A stretch of DNA of 64,000 nt from a virus, in IMG/VR virus record IMGVR_UViG_3300032330_000236, positions 905-64,904 of that record; one strand, given 5' to 3'. Below the pieces are notes generated by a model. It made no database searches and was not told the origin of the DNA. It was given only the letters and a program-made list of their open reading frames with translations. The translations under genes were made by a program, and so were the position numbers. Of the stretch, positions 38,437 through 46,890 are shown in pieces (the stretch's first letter is position 1; each line of letters begins with the position of its first letter).

Positions 38437-38736
38437 ATGGCTAGTACACCCGAGGGCAGGGTCAAGGACAAGATCAAGAAGATTCTTAAGGCACACGATA
38501 TCTACTATGCGATGCCACATGGCGCGGGGTTTGGTAATGCGGGTGTGCCTGACTTCCTGTGTTGTGTTGAAGGAGAGTTTGTAGCAGTCGAAGCCAAAGC
38601 AAATGGTGGCAAGGTTACCGCGCTTCAACAAAAAAACTTATCTGACATCGAAGCCTCGGGAGGTTCGGCATGGGTTGTTGATGAAACCAATATCCACGTG
38701 TTTGAGATTTGGATAAAAGAAGGAGTGTTCCTATGA
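38437..38736 (+). CDS. VRR-NUC (PD-(D/E)xK) nuclease
   Basis: TPEGRVK, GVPD, AVEAK, TALQ. Confidence 0.85.
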   Translation: MASTPEGRVKDKIKKILKAHDIYYAMPHGAGFGNAGVPDFLCCVEGEFVAVEAKANGGKVTALQQKNLSDIEASGGSAWVVDETNIHVFEIWIKEGVFL

Positions 38737-38843
38737 AAGTATTTTGGTGGACAGTCCTTGCTGTGAATATGTTAGCGGTTGTGTGTACTGGTCTAGTCAC
38801 GCTTGGCTGGTGGTTAGCGTCAGCGTTACCAAGGAGTTTTTAA
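38733..38843 (+). CDS. 36-aa single-TM microprotein (below the ORF-track cutoff)
   Basis: MKVFWWTVLAVNMLAVVCTGLVTLGWWLASALPRSF; AAGGAG RBS and ATGA overlap. Confidence 0.6.
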   Translation: MKVFWWTVLAVNMLAVVCTGLVTLGWWLASALPRSF

Positions 38844-39047
38844 ATGGATGAACAAGACAGAAGTAATTTGCGTGATCTACACGCAGGGTTTGCAATGATA
38901 GGTTTAATTATGAAAGGAGATGCACCGCACACTATCCCAACCAAGGCATATCTGTATGCCGACGAGATGCAAGAAGCCCGAGACCAGCATGTCGCTGGAA
39001 TCGTATCAGTGAAACGCCGTACCAAAAAGGAGAAGGCAGATGAGTAA
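38844..39047 (+). CDS. Hypothetical protein
   Basis: LRDLHAGFAM..AYLYADEM phage small-protein pattern. Confidence 0.7.
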   Translation: MDEQDRSNLRDLHAGFAMIGLIMKGDAPHTIPTKAYLYADEMQEARDQHVAGIVSVKRRTKKEKADE

Positions 39048-39495
39048 AGTAATTGAGGTCGCCAACATGATGGCGAATGAACCAAACACTAAGGTGGATG
39101 ATGTCATTAAGAAATTGAAAATATCAAGGACTTATGCGTACAACCTGATGACGCAGGCGAGAAAGAAATACATCAACCGCCGTAACGAAGCGTTGAAGAA
39201 CAAACCCAAGTATCGAATGGAATCCTCAGCTACAAATCTGTCAGGTGACAGATCACTAAATATCGTGGAGACACACTTCCCGATCACAATGGAGTCTGAC
39301 CCAGTGAATCATCCCGAGCATTACAAGACAGGTGGTATCGAGACGATCGACTTCATCGAGGCAAAGAGTCTTGGCTATAACCTTGGCAACGTGGTGAAGT
39401 ACATCACACGATCAGACCACAAGGGCAACAAGCTACAAGACTTACAGAAAGCTCAGTGGTATCTCAACAGAGAGATTGCTAAGTCACAGGCTTGA
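39040..39495 (+). CDS. DUF3310 protein with possible N-terminal HTH
   Basis: DPVNHPEHY, GNVVKY, DLQKAQWYL. Confidence 0.85.
   Translation: MSKVIEVANMMANEPNTKVDDVIKKLKISRTYAYNLMTQARKKYINRRNEALKNKPKYRMESSATNLSGDRSLNIVETHFPITMESDPVNHPEHYKTGGIETIDFIEAKSLGYNLGNVVKYITRSDHKGNKLQDLQKAQWYLNREIAKSQA
39236..39253. promoter_or_regulatory. Palindromic site copy 7 (intragenic, inverted spacer)
   Basis: ATCTGTCAGGTGACAGAT. Confidence 0.8.
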
Positions 39496-39500
39496 TTCGT

Positions 39501-39526
39501 AGGCATGGTTCGCCATGCCTTTTTTT
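39501..39526 (+). terminator. Intrinsic terminator
   Basis: AGGCATGG-TTCG-CCATGCCT then T6. Confidence 0.85.
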
Positions 39527-39560
39527 GACACTTTTGAAAATCTTATTTAAGGGGAACAAC

Positions 39561-39797
39561 ATGATACAAGGACTTCAAAGCCCATCTATTAATTTCACAA
39601 TTGACAATAACAGCATACAGCTTCGTATGCCGTATCAGAACACGCCACAAGATGTCTACAAGTATCTCAGAGAGATGGACTTTGTTCACACCGCCAATTC
39701 AAGTGGCGATATATGGATGCGAAAAGGCACGAGCGAATACTTCACATGGGAACAAGCCGTGGCGTATTGCCTCATCAAACCATTCCTCAACCCCTGA
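39561..39797 (+). CDS. Hypothetical protein
   Basis: Start moved to MIQGLQ after the AAGGGG RBS. Confidence 0.65.
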   Translation: MIQGLQSPSINFTIDNNSIQLRMPYQNTPQDVYKYLREMDFVHTANSSGDIWMRKGTSEYFTWEQAVAYCLIKPFLNP

Positions 39798-39827
39798 CTT
39801 GAAACCAGTTATTTAAGGAGAGCGACC

Positions 39828-40346
39828 ATGCTGACTGGATTAGATATTTTGATTGCACGAATGAAAACCAACCCCGAGGAGTTTCTTAAAGAAGATGGGC
39901 AAGTGCCTTATCAGGGGGAAATGTTTGGTGGGAAGTGGTCAGACTTACTTGACTACGCTTGGCGTGTTGCGAACGAAGAAGAACGAGCCGCCCTTGAAGT
40001 GGCGCAAAAAGAGTTTTATCGTGATGACTTTAACGAGCGAGTCTTCAAGCGTCTTGCAGGCGAGGAGAATATCCAACTGCCTGAGACCATGAGATACAAA
40101 GCGCAAGGGCGTTACGCAACAGGATGGATTGACCCAAGAGCGCAACAGGCGGCGCAAATGCACCCACTGCAAAATTCAGCACAAAATGCGGTGTTACAGG
40201 GCGGTATGTATGACCCGAATACGCATGGGTACTTGACCACCACAAGCGGTTTCCAAGCGGCAGAAATCAAAGGTGAGGGACAGCCCATTGGTTATAGCGG
40301 CGGTCAACCGCCTTTTTGGAGTGGTTTATTTGGGGGTAAGAAATGA
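39828..40346 (+). CDS. Hypothetical protein
   Basis: ILIARMKTNPEEF; AAGGAG RBS. Confidence 0.75.
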   Translation: MLTGLDILIARMKTNPEEFLKEDGQVPYQGEMFGGKWSDLLDYAWRVANEEERAALEVAQKEFYRDDFNERVFKRLAGEENIQLPETMRYKAQGRYATGWIDPRAQQAAQMHPLQNSAQNAVLQGGMYDPNTHGYLTTTSGFQAAEIKGEGQPIGYSGGQPPFWSGLFGGKK

Positions 40347-40555
40347 TTGAACCGATACAAACATTTTTTGGCAAGATACGTGGACTGCGTGGTGATCGTC
40401 AAGCGATCATCAACCAAACGATGATGTGGAGATGCACTGTGTGCGGAAATATTTTTAGAACAAAGGAAGAGGGAGATTTGCATGGAGTGTCCTCACTGCG
40501 GTGCGTGGAGTCTGGTCAAGGAGACAAGATCGTCCCCCACAAGGTACAGGCGTAG
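40343..40555 (+). CDS. Small zinc-finger-like protein
   Basis: WRCTVCGNIF..H. Confidence 0.55.
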   Translation: MIEPIQTFFGKIRGLRGDRQAIINQTMMWRCTVCGNIFRTKEEGDLHGVSSLRCVESGQGDKIVPHKVQA

Positions 40556-40703
40556 GCGGGAGTGCGCAAATGAGCATAGCTTCACAACCGAAGAAGTCGT
40601 CGTCCCACAAGAGCAGATCAAAGCGGAGAACGCAGAACGTGTCCAGTCTCATAGAAAAAAATATGTGGAATCCATTCGAGCGCGTAGACCCAAAAGTGCT
40701 TGA
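40482..40703 (+). CDS. NrdR-N-like zinc ribbon protein
   Basis: MECPHCG..VKETR..RRRREC...FTTEE. Confidence 0.7.
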   Translation: MECPHCGAWSLVKETRSSPTRYRRRRECANEHSFTTEEVVVPQEQIKAENAERVQSHRKKYVESIRARRPKSA

Positions 40704-40776
40704 GAGGTTACATAAAAAACATGAACAGAACGCACGCAAGTATTTGCTGGTTAACTTTGATGAAGCACCGATATGA
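40663..40776 (+). CDS. Small hypothetical protein
   Basis: MWNPFERVDPKVLE..; ATGA overlap with the polymerase gene. Confidence 0.45.
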   Translation: MWNPFERVDPKVLERLHKKHEQNARKYLLVNFDEAPI

Positions 40777-42665
40777 ATTTAATTACTCTTGACTTTGAAA
40801 CCTACTACGCCAAGGGCTTGGGCTTTAGAACTCAAACGACTGAGGAGTATGTGCGTGATCGACGCTTTGAGATCATTGGCGTTGGCGTGAAGATTGACGA
40901 CCAACCCTCCACATGGTTCTCGGGAACACACGCTGAGATAAAAGAACACTTACTGAAGCTTGACTGGAGTAAGGCGGCCCTGCTGTGTCACAACACCTTA
41001 TTCGATGGGTGCGTCTTGGCGTGGCATCTCGGTATCAACCCTGCGTTTATGTACGACACCCTTTGCATGGCGCGGGCAATCCACGGCGTAGAGGCGGGCG
41101 GCTCACTCAAGGCGTTGGCTCTGCGCTATGGGATTGGCGTGAAAGGCGACGAGGTAATCCACGCGGAAGGTAAGAAACGCCTTGACTTCAGTGAAGAAGA
41201 ACTTCACCGATACGGTGAGTACTGCATAAACGACGTGAATCTTACGTTTGACCTTTTCCACATTCTTGCGAGCGCGTTTCCACAGAAAGAAATGAATCTG
41301 ATTGACATGACGTTGCGGATGTTTACTCAGCCTGCGTTCCATGTTGACGATGCGTTGCTACAAGACCGCCTCATTGAGCTACAAGAAGAGAAGATGGCGC
41401 TACTCCAAACATTGATGGAGAAACTCAAATGCAAGGACGAGGAAGAGGTACGCAAAAAGCTGGCAAGTGGCAAGCAGTTCGCCGCTGTGTTGCAAGAGTT
41501 CAATGTTAAGCCACCTATAAAAGTAAGTCCACGAACAGGGAAGGATACGTATGCACTGGCTAAAAATGACGAGGGGTTCTTGGCGCTCACTGAACATGAA
41601 GATGAGTTCGTGCAACACCTCTGCGCGGTACGCCTTGGGACGATGTCCACCTTGGAAGAAAGTCGTATACAGCGATTCATTGACGTCGGGAAGCGTAACA
41701 AGGGACGACTCCCAATACCTCTCAAGTATTACGGCGCACACACGGGTAGATGGGCTGGCTCTGATAAGGTCAATTTCCAGAATTTGCCCAGTCGAGATAA
41801 GAAGAAAAAGACCCTCAAAAATGCAGTTATCCCGCCCGATGACTTTGTTGTTATCAACTGTGACTCCTCGCAGATCGAGGCGCGTATCTTGGTATGGCTT
41901 GCTGGACAGGAGGACGTCACTCAACAATTTGCGAATGGAGAAGATGTTTACTCTGTGTTCGCAACCAAGATATACGAACGACCAATTAGCAAAGAAAATC
42001 CTGTGGAACGCTTCGTTGGAAAGACCTGTATTCTGGGTCTAGGTTACGGCACTGGCGCGTTAAAACTTCAGCACACGCTCAAGACAAGCCCCCCGGGAGC
42101 TGTCGTTACTGAAGACGAGGCTAAAGAGTTTGTTAAGACATACCGTGACTCAAATGCTCAAGTCATTCAGCTATGGAAAGAAGGCGACAAAGTTATTGAG
42201 CATTTAATTGACTGGCCTACGGAGAAAGATAAGGTAACTCCAATAAAGCCTTATTACTATGGTGTCAAAGGCTCCAACTGTTTGAAGGTAACCAAGGAAG
42301 GGATAACCCTGCCTAACGGACTGATGATTCGTTATCCCGAACTCAAGAAGGATACTGAAGAATCTAAAACCCGATACACCTACAAGTCACGTAAAGGGCC
42401 TGTCTCCATATGGGGCGGATCGCTAGTTGAAAACGTAGTTCAAGCGTTGGCGAGGATTGTCGTTGGCGAGCAGATGCTCAAGATACAGGAGCGATACCGT
42501 GTTGCTCTAACAGTTCACGATGCGGCGGTCATCTTAGTTCCTGAGTCAGAGAAGGACGAGGCGATGGCGTATGTGGTTGAGTGCATGTCTGTGCCACCCG
42601 ACTGGGCTAAGGGATTACCCGTGGCTTGCGAGGCGAAGTACGGTTACAGCTATGGTGAATGTTAA
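40773..42665 (+). CDS. DNA polymerase family A with 3'-5' exonuclease
   Basis: DFET, HNTLFD, YCIND, TGRW, NFQN, DSSQIEAR, RFVGKTCILGLGYG, VHD. Confidence 0.95.
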   Translation: MNLITLDFETYYAKGLGFRTQTTEEYVRDRRFEIIGVGVKIDDQPSTWFSGTHAEIKEHLLKLDWSKAALLCHNTLFDGCVLAWHLGINPAFMYDTLCMARAIHGVEAGGSLKALALRYGIGVKGDEVIHAEGKKRLDFSEEELHRYGEYCINDVNLTFDLFHILASAFPQKEMNLIDMTLRMFTQPAFHVDDALLQDRLIELQEEKMALLQTLMEKLKCKDEEEVRKKLASGKQFAAVLQEFNVKPPIKVSPRTGKDTYALAKNDEGFLALTEHEDEFVQHLCAVRLGTMSTLEESRIQRFIDVGKRNKGRLPIPLKYYGAHTGRWAGSDKVNFQNLPSRDKKKKTLKNAVIPPDDFVVINCDSSQIEARILVWLAGQEDVTQQFANGEDVYSVFATKIYERPISKENPVERFVGKTCILGLGYGTGALKLQHTLKTSPPGAVVTEDEAKEFVKTYRDSNAQVIQLWKEGDKVIEHLIDWPTEKDKVTPIKPYYYGVKGSNCLKVTKEGITLPNGLMIRYPELKKDTEESKTRYTYKSRKGPVSIWGGSLVENVVQALARIVVGEQMLKIQERYRVALTVHDAAVILVPESEKDEAMAYVVECMSVPPDWAKGLPVACEAKYGYSYGEC

Positions 42666-42689
42666 GATAAGTAAAGAAGGAGTTAACAT

Positions 42690-42923
42690 ATGGAATCCCG
42701 ATACCTTGACCCCGAAGACGAAGAGCACGGACTATTCAACGAGTTTGAAATACAAGCAAGACAGCGCAGGGAAGCGGTAAGAGCCAACTTGCAGAGCCTA
42801 GTACACAACCCATTCAGAAATGATGTCATCGAGGAAGTGGCGCAAGCCGTAGAAAAGATGCACGGTTTTGGTCAGGACACCATCAGTTCATTGGCAATCT
42901 ATATCAGGGGGATGAAGAAATGA
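42690..42923 (+). CDS. Hypothetical protein
   Basis: RNDVIEEVA..FGQDTISS; RBS. Confidence 0.7.
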   Translation: MESRYLDPEDEEHGLFNEFEIQARQRREAVRANLQSLVHNPFRNDVIEEVAQAVEKMHGFGQDTISSLAIYIRGMKK

Positions 42924-43087
42924 ACTTTGGTGACCAAGGAAAACTGGCAAACGGATTGGTTGATGAACTGCTCACGCTCATTCACAAGTATGACGAGTCG
43001 CTGTATATGTGTAGCGTCATTGGCGTGTTGGAGTTGGTCAAGCAACAACTGATAACTGAGAGTATGGACAGGGAGGATGATGAATGA
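42920..43087 (+). CDS. 55-aa hypothetical protein (below the ORF-track cutoff)
   Basis: MNFGDQG..VIGVLELVKQQL; ATGA overlaps at both ends. Confidence 0.6.
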   Translation: MNFGDQGKLANGLVDELLTLIHKYDESLYMCSVIGVLELVKQQLITESMDREDDE

Positions 43088-43308
43088 CACTACAAGAACA
43101 GTTTGAGCAAGCCAAAGCGCAACTTAAAGAAATCAACGCTGGCAGACCAAAAGTTTATCGTGCATGGGAAGACACATGGGCTACGTTTCACGAAGACCCC
43201 GCCGCTTTTCACAAGGCATACAACAGCTTGTACAGCTATGACATTGAGAAGAACAAAGTTTTGGATGAAGTGATTCGATTGAGAGACTTAGTTGAGGAGA
43301 AGCTATGA
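43084..43308 (+). CDS. Hypothetical protein
   Basis: 74 aa, coupled. Confidence 0.65.
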   Translation: MTLQEQFEQAKAQLKEINAGRPKVYRAWEDTWATFHEDPAAFHKAYNSLYSYDIEKNKVLDEVIRLRDLVEEKL

Positions 43309-43859
43309 GTAATGTTTGGGAATGGAAAAATTGTTTACCTGCGGAAGTTTGTGAAACACTTATTGAAAAATTTTATGTGCCTGAAGCTGAAGCAATTGCA
43401 GGCATTGGGAATGGGGCTGTAGATGTGTCAATTGATTTACCGCATCGCAAGACAAATGTTTGTTGGATTCCAAAAGAAGAGTACATCTCTACCTTTTTGT
43501 TTTCAAGAGCATTGATTGCCAATCAAAAAGCGGGATGGGGATTTGACATTGAAGATTGTGAGATGACTCAAATCGGTAAGTACGAAGATGGGGGTCATTA
43601 CGAATGGCACAAAGATGAGAATTTTTTTGTTCGCCGAAAAAACTATCACAGAAAAGTATCGGTAGTTGCATTTTTATCTGACCCCAAAACTTATACAGGT
43701 GGAGATTTTTTAATGCTTATGAAGGGCGAGCAAAAAATTGAAGCCTCACTTGGTTCAATAATTTGTTTCCCTTCCGAAATAGTTCATAAGGTTACGCCTG
43801 TGACTGAGGGTGTTAGATATTCATTAGTGTTATGGGCAAACGGCCCACAGATGAGGTGA
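43305..43859 (+). CDS. 2OG-Fe(II) oxygenase (prolyl-4-hydroxylase-like)
   Basis: WHKD (HxD), RKVS, FPS..HKVTPVTEGVRYSLVLW. Confidence 0.9.
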   Translation: MSNVWEWKNCLPAEVCETLIEKFYVPEAEAIAGIGNGAVDVSIDLPHRKTNVCWIPKEEYISTFLFSRALIANQKAGWGFDIEDCEMTQIGKYEDGGHYEWHKDENFFVRRKNYHRKVSVVAFLSDPKTYTGGDFLMLMKGEQKIEASLGSIICFPSEIVHKVTPVTEGVRYSLVLWANGPQMR

Positions 43860-43861
43860 GC

Positions 43862-44083
43862 ATGACGTTCAGAGAAACAACAGTCAAGTACATCAAAGAT
43901 GTAATCAGGGCGAAGACCATCCATGAAATCATCGCCCATGAACTGCATGAAGCCCACCTACGTAAACTGGAAGCTGAGACTGCGGCTGAGTATGCAAGGG
44001 CAAATATCCAATACAACGAGTTACGTATTGCGCGGTTACAAAAGAGATTAATGGAACATACACAGGAAGGCGACTACACATGA
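43862..44083 (+). CDS. Hypothetical coiled-coil protein
   Basis: Start moved to MTFRE after GAGGTG. Confidence 0.65.
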   Translation: MTFRETTVKYIKDVIRAKTIHEIIAHELHEAHLRKLEAETAAEYARANIQYNELRIARLQKRLMEHTQEGDYT

Positions 44084-44739
44084 GCTACACATGGTCATTC
44101 TCATCGTTTAAGCAGTACGTTAACTGCCCCAAGCAGTACCAAGAAATCAAGGTACTGAAGCGTTTCTTTGTCAAGCCAACGCAGGAGATGACCTACGGCA
44201 ACGAGGTACACAAGGCGCTGGAGAACTACGCCAAGGATGGCACTCCCCTTGCCAAAAACTATGAGCGATTTAAACCGCTGATGGATACCTTGATGGAGAT
44301 TGAGGGAGAGAAGCATCCCGAACTTAAAATGGCCCTCGATAGGGATGGCAACGCCTGTGAATATGGTAAGGGATACTGGGTGCGGGGTATTGTGGACTTG
44401 CTCATTTTGGATGGCGACCTTGCCCACATCCTTGACTACAAGACTGGCAGTAGCAAGTACCCCGACACAAAACAGTTAAAGCTGATGGCATTGATGACCT
44501 TTGCCAAGTTCCCTCAGATCATGCGGGTCAAGGCTGGTCTGCTGTTTGTGATGCACGATGGGTTCACGACTGAGGAATACACCCGCGATCAGATTCCAAC
44601 ACTGTGGGATGCGTTCAAACCTGACTTAATACGGATGGATTTCTCGTATGAAACCGATGTGTGGAACCCCAACCCGACACCGCTATGCGGCTGGTGTCCT
44701 GTAACAACCTGTGACTTTTATAAGGAAAGACGGAGATGA
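44080..44739 (+). CDS. PD-(D/E)xK exonuclease (RecB/Cas4-like)
   Basis: WSFSS..CP, G..VH, RGIVD, DYKTG, QL, CGWCP...C. Confidence 0.9.
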   Translation: MSYTWSFSSFKQYVNCPKQYQEIKVLKRFFVKPTQEMTYGNEVHKALENYAKDGTPLAKNYERFKPLMDTLMEIEGEKHPELKMALDRDGNACEYGKGYWVRGIVDLLILDGDLAHILDYKTGSSKYPDTKQLKLMALMTFAKFPQIMRVKAGLLFVMHDGFTTEEYTRDQIPTLWDAFKPDLIRMDFSYETDVWNPNPTPLCGWCPVTTCDFYKERRR

Positions 44740-44945
44740 TTGAACAAGTAATTGATTACGCCCACCCCATGATGATGGTCGAAAAAGCCATGAAAAAAGC
44801 CCATGACTATCTGCTGGAGGAGGATTACATTTTGGCACTAGATCAAATAAACTTAGCCATTGTGGAGGCGAGAAACACTCGGATCTCCATCATTCACATC
44901 ATGGAGAAACAAGATGCCTTACGTGACCAAACCGCGCCCATATAA
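44736..44945 (+). CDS. Hypothetical protein
   Basis: 69 aa, coupled. Confidence 0.65.
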   Translation: MIEQVIDYAHPMMMVEKAMKKAHDYLLEEDYILALDQINLAIVEARNTRISIIHIMEKQDALRDQTAPI

Positions 44946-45168
44946 AAAAGAATATGAACAGCAAAAAGAACGTGGAGAACACGACAACAGGATGGAGCGC
45001 CAACGCGCCCGAAGAAAACTCGACGCCAAAGGTGTTGACCGCAGTGGAAAAGATGTTGCTCACGTCAAGGCTCTATCTAAAGGTGGGTCAAATAAAGACG
45101 GCATCCGACTTGAAGCGCCCAGCAAAAACAGATCGTTCGCAAGAAAGCCCAGTGGTGCAATGAAGTAA
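44914..45168 (+). CDS. HNH-like small basic protein
   Basis: RPYKKEY, GKDVAH..LSKGGSN...NRS. Confidence 0.65.
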   Translation: MPYVTKPRPYKKEYEQQKERGEHDNRMERQRARRKLDAKGVDRSGKDVAHVKALSKGGSNKDGIRLEAPSKNRSFARKPSGAMK

Positions 45169-45170
45169 TT

Positions 45171-45309
45171 GTCGTTGCTGTAAGGCGTGGGTGAGCAACG
45201 GCGGGGGATTAGTTGACCCCCTCAATAACTATGTCAATCAAGCGGTGTTTTGAGTCTCCCCTCTCCTTTCACACGACAGGCTTGATCGACTAGCCCCCGT
45301 AAGGGGCTA
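45171..45309 (+). ncRNA. Candidate four-hairpin structured RNA
   Basis: Four back-to-back stems filling the intergenic gap; CU-rich loop. Confidence 0.5.
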
Positions 45310-45333
45310 CGTTAAAACTCAGTAAAGGTCAGT

Positions 45334-46890
45334 ATGGAAGTCATTGAAAACACGGCGGTGCGCATGGTCATACCGTCAGGCGAGTTGCGTTACTTGGTCG
45401 GGCACATTGAGAAGTGCGAGGTACTAAGTGATGATGGCAAGTTCGCCGAGGTACTTGTGTACTGGGGCATCGAGGAGATGCAACGCCTCGTCAGGGTGTA
45501 CGGAGATGCTCCTTCACCAATAAACACACAGTACGACTGGCCCGGTATGTATACGCCATTCGTCCACCAGAAAACTACTGCCTCATACCTTGCGTTGCGT
45601 GACCGGTGCTTCTGTTTCAACGAGGCTGGCACAGGCAAGACCTCATCCGTGATTTGGGCGGCAGACTACTTGATGGCTCAGAAGCAGATCAAACGGGTGC
45701 TGGTCATCTGTCCGTTGTCCATCATGTACTCGGCATGGCAGGCCGATATCTTCAAGACAGCTATGCACAGAACCGTTGCGGTAGCGTATGGAGACGCCAA
45801 CAAACGCAAGAAGATTATTAACGGAGAGTACGAGTTCGTCATCATTAATTTCGATGGAGTCGGGATTGTTTCTGAAGAAATAAGTAAAGTAGGGTTTGAC
45901 CTAATTGTTATTGACGAAGCGAACGCATATAAAACAGTATCTACAAAACGCTGGAAGACCTTGGCTAAGCTCATCACCCCATCAACCAAACTTTGGATGC
46001 TCACAGGCACACCCGCCTCGCAGTCTCCGATGGATGCGTTTGGCTTGGCAAAGCTGGTCAATCCAAATGGTGTTCCTAAATATGTGACGGCGTGGCGCGA
46101 TAAGGTGATGCAGTCTGTATCCAAGTTCAAATGGATTCCAAAGAAGACTGCACAGGCTGACGTGTTCAACGCTTTGCAACCCGCTATTCGATTTGAAAAA
46201 GCCCAGTGTCTTGACTTACCCGAGGTGATGTATCAGACAAGGGAGATCCCTCTGACCCCGCAGGTCAGCAAATACTACAAGTGGTTGAAAGACCAATTAC
46301 TGATTGAAGCCGCAGGGGAAACAGTCAGCGCAGTAAACGCCGCAGCGAAGCTCAGCAAGCTGCTGCAAATATCGGGTGGAGCAGTCTATACCGATACCAA
46401 AGAGGTCGTGGAGTTTGATGTTTCACCACGCCTCAACGCCTTGATGGAGGTACTGGAGGAAACTGCGCACAAGGTAATTGTGTTCGTGCCCTACACCCAC
46501 ACTATCGAGTTAGTTTCAAAGCATCTCAGTTCACAAGGAGTAATCAATGAAGTAATCAATGGAGCAGTATCAGCATCAGCGCGTTCGGACATCATCAATA
46601 GATTCCAGACGCAAGAGAATCCACGAGTATTAGTTATTCAACCTCAAGCCGCATCGCATGGCGTGACATTGACTGCCGCCGACACAGTTGTGTTTTGGTC
46701 TCCAGTCATGTCCGTGGAAACGTACTTGCAGTGCATTGCGCGTATTGATCGTGTGGGTCAGAAGAACAGCATGACAGTTGTCCATCTGCAAAGCACCGAG
46801 GCAGAGCGCAGGGTATATCAAATGCTTCAAGGCAAAGTCGATATGCACGAAAGCTTGGTTGAGTTGTACAAACAGGAGTTGGGACTATGA
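45334..46890 (+). CDS. SNF2-like superfamily 2 helicase
   Basis: EAGTGKT, IDEA, LTGTP, HGVTLT, Q..ARIDRVGQ. Confidence 0.9.
   Translation: MEVIENTAVRMVIPSGELRYLVGHIEKCEVLSDDGKFAEVLVYWGIEEMQRLVRVYGDAPSPINTQYDWPGMYTPFVHQKTTASYLALRDRCFCFNEAGTGKTSSVIWAADYLMAQKQIKRVLVICPLSIMYSAWQADIFKTAMHRTVAVAYGDANKRKKIINGEYEFVIINFDGVGIVSEEISKVGFDLIVIDEANAYKTVSTKRWKTLAKLITPSTKLWMLTGTPASQSPMDAFGLAKLVNPNGVPKYVTAWRDKVMQSVSKFKWIPKKTAQADVFNALQPAIRFEKAQCLDLPEVMYQTREIPLTPQVSKYYKWLKDQLLIEAAGETVSAVNAAAKLSKLLQISGGAVYTDTKEVVEFDVSPRLNALMEVLEETAHKVIVFVPYTHTIELVSKHLSSQGVINEVINGAVSASARSDIINRFQTQENPRVLVIQPQAASHGVTLTAADTVVFWSPVMSVETYLQCIARIDRVGQKNSMTVVHLQSTEAERRVYQMLQGKVDMHESLVELYKQELGL

Noticed and set aside
28916-39253. Palindrome series as a CRISPR array or as inversion/att sites
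   Set aside because: Spacing is irregular (0.6-2.9 kb) with whole genes between copies. No cas operon or recombinase is present and gene orientation is uniform.
39525-39553. TTGACA after the terminator as a promoter
   Set aside because: No acceptable -10 hexamer at 16-18 nt spacing.
44080-44739. Cas4-like nuclease as evidence of a CRISPR-Cas system
   Set aside because: Solo RecB/Cas4-like exonucleases are routine in phage replication modules; no cas1, cas2 or array is present.
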